NCBI GenBank assembly: GCA_043779675.1
Contig: JAYWDX010000188.1
Location: 1 to 37,927, forward strand
Source: Candidatus Tenderia sp.
GTDB lineage: Bacteria; Pseudomonadota; Gammaproteobacteria; Tenderiales; Tenderiaceae
Length of the DNA: 37,927 bases
Direction of reading: 5' to 3'
Shown: piece by piece, positions 17,279 to 26,139 of the stretch
Layout of the letters: the number at the start of each line of letters is the position of its first letter
How positions within the stretch are numbered: the first letter of the stretch is position 1
Made by a program: the position numbers and the translations under genes
The notes under the pieces: model-generated
Told to the model about the DNA's origin: nothing
Seen by the model: the letters and a program-made list of their open reading frames with translations, nothing else
Databases searched by the model: none

Positions 17279-17962
17279 ATGAAAAAATTGGTGGTAGCAA
17301 CAGTCGTATTATTTGCAGGGATGAGCCAGGTTCAGGCTGTTGAGGGGCTGGATACGGATCAGAAACGTCTCAGTTACTTCCTGGGTATGCAGGTGGCGCA
17401 GCAGATCAAGGCTGAAGGGGTGGCGCTGGAGGAGCCTGCGTTCCTGATGGGGTTCCGTGACCTGTACAACGGTGCTGGCCCCAAGTTGTCACAAGAGGAA
17501 ATTCAAGGAACCCTGACCCGCATACAGCAGCAGCGTATGGAAGAGGGCAAGAAGCTGGCCGAAAGCAATAAGAGTGAAGGGGCTAAGTTCCTGGCGGCCA
17601 ATGCCAAGAAGGGCGGAGTAAAACAGACGGCCAGTGGCCTGCAATACAAAATTATTACTGCGGGTAAGGGTAAGTCACCTAAGCTGACTGATACCGTTGA
17701 AGTTCATTATCGCGGTACCTTGATCAACGGCACTGAGTTTGACAGCTCAATCAAACGCGGCCAGCCTGCCACCTTCCCAGTGAACGGTGTAATCCAGGGG
17801 TGGCAAGAGGCGTTACCGATGATGAAAGAGGGGGCCAAGTGGCAGGTTGTTGTGCCAGCAAACCTAGCCTACGGCGAGCGCGGCGCTGGCGCCATGATCG
17901 GTCCTGATGCGACGCTGATTTTTGATATTGAACTGCTAAAGATTAAGCCTAGCACTCCTTAG
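17279..17962 (+). CDS. Periplasmic FKBP-type peptidyl-prolyl cis-trans isomerase (Mip/FkpA-like)
   Basis: Signal peptide (...MSQVQAVEG), an N-terminal helical dimerisation region and a C-terminal FKBP domain (VHYRGTLINGTEFDSS...GWQEAL...IPANLAYG...LIFDIELL). Confidence 0.9.
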   Translation: MKKLVVATVVLFAGMSQVQAVEGLDTDQKRLSYFLGMQVAQQIKAEGVALEEPAFLMGFRDLYNGAGPKLSQEEIQGTLTRIQQQRMEEGKKLAESNKSEGAKFLAANAKKGGVKQTASGLQYKIITAGKGKSPKLTDTVEVHYRGTLINGTEFDSSIKRGQPATFPVNGVIQGWQEALPMMKEGAKWQVVVPANLAYGERGAGAMIGPDATLIFDIELLKIKPSTP

Positions 17963-17982
17963 TAACAAGCCAATCGTTCCTG

Positions 17983-18013
17983 GCGCTACGGAGTGTGGTT
18001 TGCTCTGTAGCGC
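17983..18013 (+). terminator. Hairpin after the FKBP gene
   Basis: gcgctac(gg)...(ct)gtagcgc forms a 7-9 bp stem with a 13-nt loop, 20 nt after the stop. No T-tract follows, so this is a weak call. Confidence 0.25.
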
Positions 18014-18057
18014 AGCGATAAAATACCTTGTGTGCATAACTATGAGGGGGTCTCCTG

Positions 18058-18327
18058 TTATAAGTAGGCGTCCCAAATGGTATTGAGCATGGCTTTGGAA
18101 TAGACCGCGCCGACCGGTGCTGTGGGTGATTGAGTCATGACAGCCAGATTTAGGGCGTGTTCAGCGTGTACGCCCAGGCATGAGTTAATAATCGAGTCAA
18201 AACCGATCATGGCGCGACTATAACAGAGCGCTTCGTGTGGAGTGGCTGGGGTCTGCTCTTAAGCCGCTTCGTAGGCGAGTATGGCCAGAAGCAGGGCTAT
18301 TAATAGTCTGTTGACGCATGTTGTCAT
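18058..18327 (-). pseudogene. Small secreted-protein-like ORF (89 codons) interrupted by one in-frame TAA
   Basis: GGAGG lies 6 nt before the ATG at 18327. The frame reads MTTCVNRLLIALLLAILAYEAA-TAA-EQTPATPHEALCYSRAMIGFDSIINSCLGVHAEHALNLAVMTQSPTAPVGAVYSKAMLNTIWDAYL*. Both halves are in the same frame, and the ORF track misses them because each piece is under 60 aa. Confidence 0.35.
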
Positions 18328-18472
18328 GAAGCACCTCCATGTTGCCGTCCCCATTGCTAACGCTAAATTCAGGGGTTGTTAAACAAGTTGTCGGCCCACC
18401 ACATAATTAGATGATCTGCGGCGCAAAGGGTACAGCCGCTATCTGCTTTCATGAGATTTAACGGAGGGAGAA

Positions 18473-19027
18473 ATGAGTAAACTGAAGATATTTTCTGCTA
18501 CCAATCAGCAGTGCCTGGAGGATCTTCAGAGCCATGATGAGATTGTCGGCCGACTCAGTGGCATTGGTATTCGTTTTGAACGCTGGCAGGCATGCCTGCC
18601 GTTGTCTGTCGCCGCGACTCAAGCAGAGGTGATTGAGAGCTATAGAACCTCGGTTGATGCGCTGATGAGTGAATATGGCTTTCAGTCTGTCGACGTCATC
18701 GCGCTACGCCCCGACCACCCTGAGCGTCAGGCGCTGCGTCAAAAATTCCTTGATGAACATACCCACAGCGATTTTGAAGTGCGCTTTTTTGTTGAGGGCA
18801 AAGGGCTCTTCTACATTTATGCTGCGGACAAGGTTTACGGGGTAATGTGTGAACAGGGCGACCTGATCAGTGTCCCCGCTGCTACCAAACACTGGTTTGA
18901 TATGGGGGCCGAGCCCGACTTCAAATGTATTCGACTATTTACCTCTCCAGAAGGGTGGGTGGCGAATTATAGCGGCGACACCATTGCCAAATCCTATCCC
19001 ACCTTTGAAGCGTTTTTGCAGTCATGA
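18473..19027 (+). CDS. mtnD: Acireductone dioxygenase (methionine salvage)
   Basis: The 184-aa cupin has the ARD signature (...DEHTHSDFEVRFFVEGKGLFYI...ISVPAATKHWFD...). Strong RBS GGAGGGAG. Its stop overlaps the mtnC start (ATGA). Confidence 0.9.
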   Translation: MSKLKIFSATNQQCLEDLQSHDEIVGRLSGIGIRFERWQACLPLSVAATQAEVIESYRTSVDALMSEYGFQSVDVIALRPDHPERQALRQKFLDEHTHSDFEVRFFVEGKGLFYIYAADKVYGVMCEQGDLISVPAATKHWFDMGAEPDFKCIRLFTSPEGWVANYSGDTIAKSYPTFEAFLQS

Positions 19028-19695
19028 TCAAGGCAATCCTGACCGACATCGAGGGGACGACCTCCTCGATCTCCTTTGTAAAAAATCTGCTCTTTCCTTA
19101 TGCCCGCGACCATATCGCCGAATTTGTGCGTGTCCATGCTGAGGAGCAACCAGTGGTGCCGCTGCTTGATGAGGTTCGGGCAGTGGTTGGCGAACCCCTT
19201 GAACTGGACGCATTGATCAAACAGTTGTTGCGCTGGATTGATGAGGATCAGAAGTTTACTGCACTCAAGGCGTTACAAGGCATGGTCTGGGCGGCAGGCT
19301 ACAAAAATGGTGATTTTACCGGCCATGTTTACGAAGATGCTGCCCGTAATCTACGCAATTGGCATGAGGACGGCATAAAGCTTTATGTCTTCTCGTCAGG
19401 CTCGGTGCAGGCGCAGAAGTTGATTTTTGGCTACAGCGATTTTGGCGATCTGACACCGCTTTTTAGCGGCTATTTCGATACCACTATCGGCAACAAACGT
19501 GAGGTGGATGCCTATTTTAACATCGTCGAGCAGATCGGCTTACCAGCGGACACTATCCTTTTCCTGTCGGACAATTCCGAGGAGCTGGATGCCGCCCGTG
19601 TGGTTGGTATGCAGACGCTGCTACTGATTCGTGACGACTCGGTGAACGTCTCGGATCACCACGCCATCTCAAATTTTGACCAGATCGACCTTTGA
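19024..19695 (+). CDS. mtnC: Enolase-phosphatase E1 (methionine salvage, HAD family)
   Basis: N-terminal HAD motif ILTDIEGTT, later VFSSGS and LFLSDN motifs. Coupled to mtnD. Confidence 0.9.
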   Translation: MIKAILTDIEGTTSSISFVKNLLFPYARDHIAEFVRVHAEEQPVVPLLDEVRAVVGEPLELDALIKQLLRWIDEDQKFTALKALQGMVWAAGYKNGDFTGHVYEDAARNLRNWHEDGIKLYVFSSGSVQAQKLIFGYSDFGDLTPLFSGYFDTTIGNKREVDAYFNIVEQIGLPADTILFLSDNSEELDAARVVGMQTLLLIRDDSVNVSDHHAISNFDQIDL

Positions 19696-19757
19696 GATTT
19701 GCCAGTCCGGGTTAGCAAGGCCACACCCGCCATGGGGGGCGCAACCTTGCTGCTTTG

Positions 19758-20348
19758 TTAACCGAAGTAGGCGGGTTCCTGCCCCGGCTTCCATTTGATA
19801 TTGCAGCCCATGCTCGGTTTCTGATCGGCGGCAATGGGGTGATTGGTCAGTAGTGCATCGACGGCGCTACGTAGATCCCTGCCGGTGACGGGCACATCGT
19901 TTTTGGGGCGACTGTCGTCGAACTGGCCACGGTAGACCAGCTTCATCTCGCCGTGGCCACTGTTTTCAAAAAGGAAAAAATCCGGGGTGCAGGCGGCCTG
20001 GTAGGCCTTTGCCACCGCTTGTGTCTCATCAAAGAGGTAAGGGAAGGTGTAACCAGCGTCTGCCGCCTCAACAGCCATTTTTTCAGGGGAGTCATCGGGG
20101 TAGTTGGCGGCATCGTTGCTGTTGATGCCCACTACCGCCAGTCCCTTGGGCCGATACTCCAGGGCAAAGGTGGCCAACGCCTGGCGCAGATGGATAACGT
20201 AGGGGCAGTGGTTGCACATAAAGATCACCAGCAGCCCTTTGGCATCTTTAAAATCATCACGGCTGATCAGTTTGCCGTGTGTGTCCGGTAAGCGGAACGG
20301 TGGGGCGCTGGTGCCCAGCTCCAGCATGGTTGAAAGGGTACGTGCCAT
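19758..20348 (-). CDS. Thioredoxin-fold redoxin (AhpC/TSA-TlpA-like) protein
   Basis: The 196-aa ORF has APPFRLPDTHGK...LLVIFMCNHCPYV with a CxxC-type active site. Confidence 0.85.
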   Translation of the reverse strand: MARTLSTMLELGTSAPPFRLPDTHGKLISRDDFKDAKGLLVIFMCNHCPYVIHLRQALATFALEYRPKGLAVVGINSNDAANYPDDSPEKMAVEAADAGYTFPYLFDETQAVAKAYQAACTPDFFLFENSGHGEMKLVYRGQFDDSRPKNDVPVTGRDLRSAVDALLTNHPIAADQKPSMGCNIKWKPGQEPAYFG

Positions 20349-20439
20349 CTCTCTCTCCTTGAACTCTTGAATATGAAGTACTGCCTGATTCTACAACGCT
20401 AACCGTATTGAATAAACGAATGATCTGTACGTGCATCTA

Positions 20440-20674
20440 AGAACCTGTTCACGATCTTGATCAAGGGATGCAGCGCACCAACCAAAAGTAGGTGCCTCTA
20501 GGTGAAGTAGGCACCTGGCCTAGAGGTCCCTACTTTTGGCTAGGCGAGGCGGAAACGGGCGAAAAAGCGCAGTGTACACTGCAAGTACATGAGCATTTTG
20601 AGTCCGTTTCCCCTCGGTACCCCCTTGAGGGGTGAACGCCGCGATGCGCCCTTCAGCGAGATCGTGAACAGGTT
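20440..20674. mobile_element. MITE (235 bp) derived from the IS5-family element at 5860-8260
   Basis: Perfect 16-bp terminal inverted repeats gaacctgttcacgatc / gatcgtgaacaggttc, identical to the IS end. A 3-bp TAA duplication flanks it (20437-20439 and 20675-20677). It has no ORF and shares the internal palindromic module with the IS copy. Confidence 0.75.
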
Positions 20675-20735
20675 CTAAGGGTTAGGTAAGGGTGGTGGTG
20701 AATAGTTTGCTAGAATCGTTGGCATTATTTTTTGG

Positions 20736-21743
20736 TTGTGCAAAGGAGTGGCAGTGAGATTGAAGCGAATAGTGGGTTGGCTGATGGCAGGTCTGGTCTG
20801 GATGAGTACGGTGGCGCTGGCCGCTGAGACGCCAAGTTTTGAGCAGTGGCTGGAGGGGGTTAAAAGCGAAGCGTTGACGAAGGGCATATCGACCCAGACG
20901 CTAGAGCGTGCCTTTGCCGGGGTGGAACCGATTGCACGGGTGATTGAGCTTGATCGCAAACAGCCGGAGTTCTCGTTGACGCTGGACCAGTATCTTAAAA
21001 ACACCATCTCGCAACGGCGAATCGACCTGGGGCGCCAGAAGTTGGAGGAGAACGCCGAGATATTAGCAAAGGTCTACCAAAAATATGGTGTGCCACCCCA
21101 CTATCTGGTGGCCTTGTGGGGCGTTGAAACCGATTATGGCCGTTTTACGGGTGGCAATTACGTCATCGCGGCCCTCTCCACGCTCGCCTACGATGGCCGC
21201 CGCAGCGCCTTTTTCCGCAGCCAGCTCTTTGATGCGTTGAAGATTATTGAAGATGGCAACATCGAACCGGAAAACATGAAGGGTTCCTGGGCCGGTGCCA
21301 TGGGCCAGACGCAGTTTATGCCCTCTACCTTCCGCAAGTATGCCGTCGATTTTGATGGTGATGGTCGTATTGATCTCTGGAACTCCACGGCCGATGTCTT
21401 TGCCTCGGCGGCACATTACCTCTCCTCGGTTGGCTGGTCTGACAAACAGATTTGGGGGCGCGAGGTGCAGTTGCCGGGCGAGTTTGACAGCAAGCTTTTT
21501 TCGCTCGATATCAAAAAGCCACTGGCCGACTGGAACGCCATTGGCGTGAGACGTCTGAATGAGGATGATCTACCGTTGGTCGATATCGACGCCTCGCTGG
21601 TGCGCCCCGATGCTACGGATGATGCCCGTACCTTCCTGGTCTACGACAACTTCCGCACTATCCTCGACTGGAACCGCTCCAGCCGCTATGCCATCGCGGT
21701 AGGTACGCTGGCCGACGCACTTTTGAATCCCCAGGTGAAATAG
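20736..21743 (+). CDS. Lytic murein transglycosylase (MltB family)
   Basis: Signal peptide followed by MltB-type motifs (WGVETDYG, GAMGQTQFMPSTF, DFDGDGRIDLW). The likelier start is GTG 20754, 6 nt after AAAGGA. Confidence 0.85.
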   Translation: MCKGVAVRLKRIVGWLMAGLVWMSTVALAAETPSFEQWLEGVKSEALTKGISTQTLERAFAGVEPIARVIELDRKQPEFSLTLDQYLKNTISQRRIDLGRQKLEENAEILAKVYQKYGVPPHYLVALWGVETDYGRFTGGNYVIAALSTLAYDGRRSAFFRSQLFDALKIIEDGNIEPENMKGSWAGAMGQTQFMPSTFRKYAVDFDGDGRIDLWNSTADVFASAAHYLSSVGWSDKQIWGREVQLPGEFDSKLFSLDIKKPLADWNAIGVRRLNEDDLPLVDIDASLVRPDATDDARTFLVYDNFRTILDWNRSSRYAIAVGTLADALLNPQVK

Positions 21744-21745
21744 AT

Positions 21746-24394
21746 ATGACTAACGCGACATTGAAGACGATTTTTCTCGAAGAGTACACACCTCCCCCCT
21801 TTGCAATCGAGAAGGTGAAGTTGCACTTTGATCTGGGTGAAGAACAGACGGTGGTCACTACGGCCATGAATATGCGTCGTGATGGTGGCGGTGGCGAACC
21901 GTTACGCCTCGATGGCCGCAACCTGGTGCTGTCGCTGGTCAAACTCGATGGCCGGGTGCTGACGGTGGAGCAGTATGAGGTTGATGACGAGTCGCTGACG
22001 ATTCCTGAGGTTGCTGATGTTTTTGTACTGGAACTCCAGACCATCATCAAACCGCAGGAAAACACCTCGCTTGATGGCCTTTACAAATCGAGCGGCAATT
22101 TCTGCACCCAGTGCGAGGCGCAGGGTTTTCGCAAGATCACCTATTACCTCGACCGTCCCGATGTGATGACACTCTTCACTACCACCATCGTTGCTGATAA
22201 AGACAAATATCCAGTGCTGCTCTCCAACGGTAATTTGGTGGCCCAGGCCGAACTCGGTAATGGCCGCCACAGCGCCACCTGGCAGGACCCGTTTAAAAAA
22301 CCCTGTTACCTGTTTGCGCTGGTGGCGGGGCAGCTGGAGTTTATCGAAGACAGCTTTACCACCATGAGTGGTCGCGAGGTGGCGCTGCGCATCTATGTGG
22401 AAAAACATAATCTCGACAAGTGCGACCATGCCATGCGCTCGCTCAAGCGCGCCATGCGCTGGGATGAGCAGGTCTATGGCCGCGAGTACGATCTCGACAT
22501 CTACATGATTGTGGCGGTGGATGATTTCAATATGGGGGCGATGGAGAACAAGGGGCTTAATGTATTTAACTCCAAGTATGTGCTGGCGCGCCCCGATACT
22601 GCGACGGATGCTGACTTCATCGGCATCGAGAGTGTTATTGCCCATGAGTATTTCCACAACTGGTCGGGCAATCGTGTCACCTGCCGTGACTGGTTTCAGT
22701 TGAGTTTGAAAGAGGGGTTCACGGTTTTCCGTGATCAGGAGTTCACCTCTGATCTCTTCTCGCGGGCGGTGAAACGTATCGACGACGCCAACCGTTTGCG
22801 CAGCTACCAGTTTGCCGAAGATGGCGGGCCAATGTCGCATCCGGTGCGGCCCGAGTCCTATGTTGAGATCAACAACTTTTACACCCTCACCGTTTACGAA
22901 AAAGGCGCTGAGGTGGTGCGTATGATCTCCCATCTGGTGGGGGCGGCGGGGTTCCGTAAAGGGAGTGACCTCTACTTTGAGCGCCATGATGGCCAAGCGG
23001 TGACCACAGAGGATTTTGTTCGCGCCATGGAGGATGCCAACGGCATCGATCTGACCCAATTTAAACGTTGGTACAGCCAATCGGGCACGCCGCTGCTCGA
23101 CTGCTCATCTGAATATGATGCCGCCAGCCAGAGTTTAACCTTGACGATTCGCCAGAGCTGCCCACCAACACCGGGGCAGCCGACCAAGCTGCCGTTTCAT
23201 ATTCCTGTTGAGATCGGTCTGCTCTCGCCTGATGGGAGTGATTGCCTGTTGCAGCTTGAAGGCGAGGCAAGCGCGGTTGGCCCATCGCGGGTACTGGAGT
23301 GCAAGGCGGAGGAACAGAGCTTCCGTTTCATCAACCTCCCACAAAAACCGCTGCCATCGCTGCTGCGGCAGTTCTCGGCACCGGTGAAACTCAACTACGG
23401 CTACAGCAGTGAAGAGCTGGCCTTCCTCATGGCTCACGACAGTGACTCCTTCAACCGCTGGAACGCCAACCAGCAATTGGCGCTGGAGTTGTTGCACGAC
23501 CTGATTGCGCAGCGGAACAATGGTAGTGAATTTGATCTGGCAGCGCTGGGGGAAAGCTATTCTCATTACTCCAGCGCCTTTGGCAAGATCCTGGCCGAGC
23601 AGGGCGGCGACCTCAATCTCAAGGCCACGGCCCTGATCCTGCCGACGGAGAACTACATCGCCGAGACCATGCCGGTGGTCGATCCCATTGCGGTACATGA
23701 GGCGCGCTGGTTGCTGCGCAGTGCGTTGACCAACGACCACGAGGCGTTGTTATGCCAGAACTATGAGAACCATCTGGAACATGGAAACTACAACGTCAAG
23801 GCCGAGAGCATTGGCCGCCGTGCGGTGAAAAACGCCTGCCTCGGTCTGCTCGCCACCACCGAGAGTCCGGCGGTGATCGAGCTCTGTTACGCCCAGTTCA
23901 GCAGTGCCAAGAATATGACCGATGTGATGGCGGCGTTGCGCTGCCTCACCGACATCGATTGTGACAAGCGGTTGCATGCGCTGGAGCGTTTTTATGATAA
24001 GTGGCAAGGCGAGCCTTTGGTGGTTGATAAGTGGCTGGGGTTACAGGCGATGTCGCGGCTGCCCAATACCCTTGTCGATATCAAGGCGTTGATGCAGCAT
24101 CCGGCCTTCACCATCAAAAACCCCAACAAGGTGCGGGCGTTGCTTTCCACCTTTATCAACGCCAATCCTTACCGTTTTCATACGGCAGCGGGTTATAGCT
24201 TCCTCGCCGATCAGGTGGTGATGCTCGATGCCCTCAATCCGCAGGTGGCGGCACGGCTGGTGGCGCCGCTGATCCAGTGGCGCCGTTTTGATGAGCAGCG
24301 CCAGCAGCTGATGCGTGCCGAGTTGAGCCGGATTCTGGAAACACCAAAACTCTCCAGAGATACCCATGAGGTGGTCTCGAAAGGGTTGGTCTGA
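21746..24394 (+). CDS. pepN: Aminopeptidase N
   Basis: The 882-aa ORF has the GAMEN exopeptidase motif and the HEYFHNW...E zinc-binding motif. Confidence 0.95.
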   Translation: MTNATLKTIFLEEYTPPPFAIEKVKLHFDLGEEQTVVTTAMNMRRDGGGGEPLRLDGRNLVLSLVKLDGRVLTVEQYEVDDESLTIPEVADVFVLELQTIIKPQENTSLDGLYKSSGNFCTQCEAQGFRKITYYLDRPDVMTLFTTTIVADKDKYPVLLSNGNLVAQAELGNGRHSATWQDPFKKPCYLFALVAGQLEFIEDSFTTMSGREVALRIYVEKHNLDKCDHAMRSLKRAMRWDEQVYGREYDLDIYMIVAVDDFNMGAMENKGLNVFNSKYVLARPDTATDADFIGIESVIAHEYFHNWSGNRVTCRDWFQLSLKEGFTVFRDQEFTSDLFSRAVKRIDDANRLRSYQFAEDGGPMSHPVRPESYVEINNFYTLTVYEKGAEVVRMISHLVGAAGFRKGSDLYFERHDGQAVTTEDFVRAMEDANGIDLTQFKRWYSQSGTPLLDCSSEYDAASQSLTLTIRQSCPPTPGQPTKLPFHIPVEIGLLSPDGSDCLLQLEGEASAVGPSRVLECKAEEQSFRFINLPQKPLPSLLRQFSAPVKLNYGYSSEELAFLMAHDSDSFNRWNANQQLALELLHDLIAQRNNGSEFDLAALGESYSHYSSAFGKILAEQGGDLNLKATALILPTENYIAETMPVVDPIAVHEARWLLRSALTNDHEALLCQNYENHLEHGNYNVKAESIGRRAVKNACLGLLATTESPAVIELCYAQFSSAKNMTDVMAALRCLTDIDCDKRLHALERFYDKWQGEPLVVDKWLGLQAMSRLPNTLVDIKALMQHPAFTIKNPNKVRALLSTFINANPYRFHTAAGYSFLADQVVMLDALNPQVAARLVAPLIQWRRFDEQRQQLMRAELSRILETPKLSRDTHEVVSKGLV

Positions 24395-25221
24395 TGATTC
24401 GGGGTAATCTGCGCAAGATGGTGACACGCCTCGGCCCGCCGGTAGAGTACCTGCTGCGCCTTGGTGATCAGGAGGTGGCGCTAAACAGCTACCTCGGTCG
24501 TTCGTTGCGGCTGCGCTATTGTGGCGAAATCCACTGCGTGCACTGTGGCCGCAAGAGCAGCAAGAGCTTTGGACAGGGCTACTGCTACCCCTGTTTCCGT
24601 GATCTGCCAGAGTGCGACAGCTGTATCGTCAAACCTGAGACTTGTCATTACGAGGCTGGTACCTGTCGCGATCCTGAGTGGGGGCAGCAGAACTGCTTCC
24701 AGGAACACTACGTCTACCTCGCCAACTCCTCGGGTATTAAGGTCGGCATCACCCGTGGTAGCCAGATTCAGACCCGTTGGATGGATCAGGGGGCGACCCA
24801 GGCGCTGCCGATCATGCGCGTCCAAAATCGGCTTCAATCGGGGCTGGTGGAGGTGGCGCTGAAGCAGCATGTGGCCGATCGCACCGACTGGCGCAAGATG
24901 CTCAAAGGCGCGGCGGAGAGTGTGGCGCTGGAACAGTTACGTGATGAGTTGCTGGCTAGTTGCGCTAAGGAGATAGATGAGTTGAAAGGGCGTTTTGGCA
25001 CCGAGGCGATTGCCTTGCTTGGTGACGCAGCGCAGCAACAGATTGAGTATCCGGTAGCGGCCTATCCCGCCAAGATCACCTCACTCAGTTTCGATAAAGA
25101 TGAGGTGGTGACAGGACGTCTTGATGGCATCAAAGGGCAGTACCTTATCTTTGATAGTGGTGTGATTAATATCCGTAAATTTGGTGGTTATCTGGTGGAG
25201 TTTGAAGAGGTGGGGCAATGA
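24394..25221 (+). CDS. DUF2797-type protein with a Cys-rich zinc-ribbon region
   Basis: The 275-aa ORF carries CVHC, CYPC and CDSC motifs plus further Cys/His within about 60 aa. Its start overlaps the pepN stop (TGATG). DUF2797 was recognised from memory as the usual pepN neighbour. Confidence 0.8.
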   Translation: MIRGNLRKMVTRLGPPVEYLLRLGDQEVALNSYLGRSLRLRYCGEIHCVHCGRKSSKSFGQGYCYPCFRDLPECDSCIVKPETCHYEAGTCRDPEWGQQNCFQEHYVYLANSSGIKVGITRGSQIQTRWMDQGATQALPIMRVQNRLQSGLVEVALKQHVADRTDWRKMLKGAAESVALEQLRDELLASCAKEIDELKGRFGTEAIALLGDAAQQQIEYPVAAYPAKITSLSFDKDEVVTGRLDGIKGQYLIFDSGVINIRKFGGYLVEFEEVGQ

Positions 25222-25874
25222 ATGGTGAGTTTTGGCGGGAGCGTTGGCAGCGTGGCGAGATTGGTTTTCACCAATCGCAGTTCAATAACTATCTGACCGA
25301 ATACTGGCAGCAGCTCGGTTTGGTGGGTAGCGAGCCGGTTTTTGTGCCGCTCTGCGGTAAAAGCCTCGATCTGCTCTGGTTGCGCCAACAGGGACATACC
25401 GTTGTCGGCATTGAACTCAGCGACCAGGCGGTATTGGCATTTTGGGAAGAGAATGATTTGGAGTGTGTCTGCCAGTCGGCTGGAGCGTTCATTAACTTTC
25501 AGGGCGACGGTATCGGCCTGCTGGTGGGTGATTACTTTCAGCTCACCCAGGAGTCCCTGAAAGGGGTGATGGCGGTCTTCGATCGCGCCGCCCTTATCGC
25601 ACTGTCGGCAGAGATGCGCCCCGCCTATGTAGAGCAGATGGCGCAGCTGCTGCCGAGCGCTGCACAGATATTATTAGTGACCATGGAATACCCGCAGCAT
25701 GAGATGGCAGGGCCTCCCTTCAGTGTGCCAGCGGCAGAGGTGATCGAACTCTACGGTCCCTACTTTGAGATGCAGCAGTTGGCATCGTTCTCGACGCTTG
25801 ATGATAACGTTCGCTTCCGTCAACGTGGTTTAACGGCGTTGGCGGAGACGGTCTGGCTGTTGCGGCACCATTAG
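25218..25874 (+). CDS. tpm: Thiopurine S-methyltransferase family protein
   Basis: FWRERWQRGEIGFHQ... is followed by the SAM-binding VFVPLCGKSLDLLWL. ATGA overlap with the upstream gene. Confidence 0.85.
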   Translation: MNGEFWRERWQRGEIGFHQSQFNNYLTEYWQQLGLVGSEPVFVPLCGKSLDLLWLRQQGHTVVGIELSDQAVLAFWEENDLECVCQSAGAFINFQGDGIGLLVGDYFQLTQESLKGVMAVFDRAALIALSAEMRPAYVEQMAQLLPSAAQILLVTMEYPQHEMAGPPFSVPAAEVIELYGPYFEMQQLASFSTLDDNVRFRQRGLTALAETVWLLRHH

Positions 25875-25967
25875 CCAATCGGTTCACCTACTACTCTCCA
25901 AATCCTGTGGCCATTGGCGGTATTTTGTGTCTGAGACCTGTTCTGGTTTTTTGTGGTAATTGTAACG

Positions 25968-26014
25968 TTTTGATTTTTATCAAAAATTGTGCGAATTTTG
26001 AAGTGTGTTAGAAT
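25968..26014 (+). promoter_or_regulatory. Candidate extended -10 promoter with an adjacent 7-4-7 inverted repeat, upstream of the SLT-domain gene
   Basis: IR ttttgat-tttt-atcaaaa (25968-25985). TTGTGC (25987-25992), a 16-nt spacer, then TGtTAGAAT (26006-26014). Confidence 0.35.
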
Positions 26015-26139
26015 GGTGCCACGGTCGCTGAGAGATCAGCCCGTTGTGATCTGTTGCTACCGGTGTAGATGGTAGGGCAGAATTTTCCAGCTACATTGGC
26101 CAAGGTAGGCAACAGCTAATTACTGTAAGAGGTGCCTGT

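Noticed and set aside
21902-23080. A 392-aa ORF antisense to pepN. Similar long antisense or alternative-frame ORFs occur at 3463-3999, 4878-5459, 23135-23740, 27583-28068, 29112-29663 and 32714-33328.
   Set aside because: All lie entirely inside well-supported genes with clear family motifs. Their translations are low-complexity (Arg/Gly/His/Ala rich) with no recognisable domains. This is typical of stop-codon depletion opposite real coding frames.
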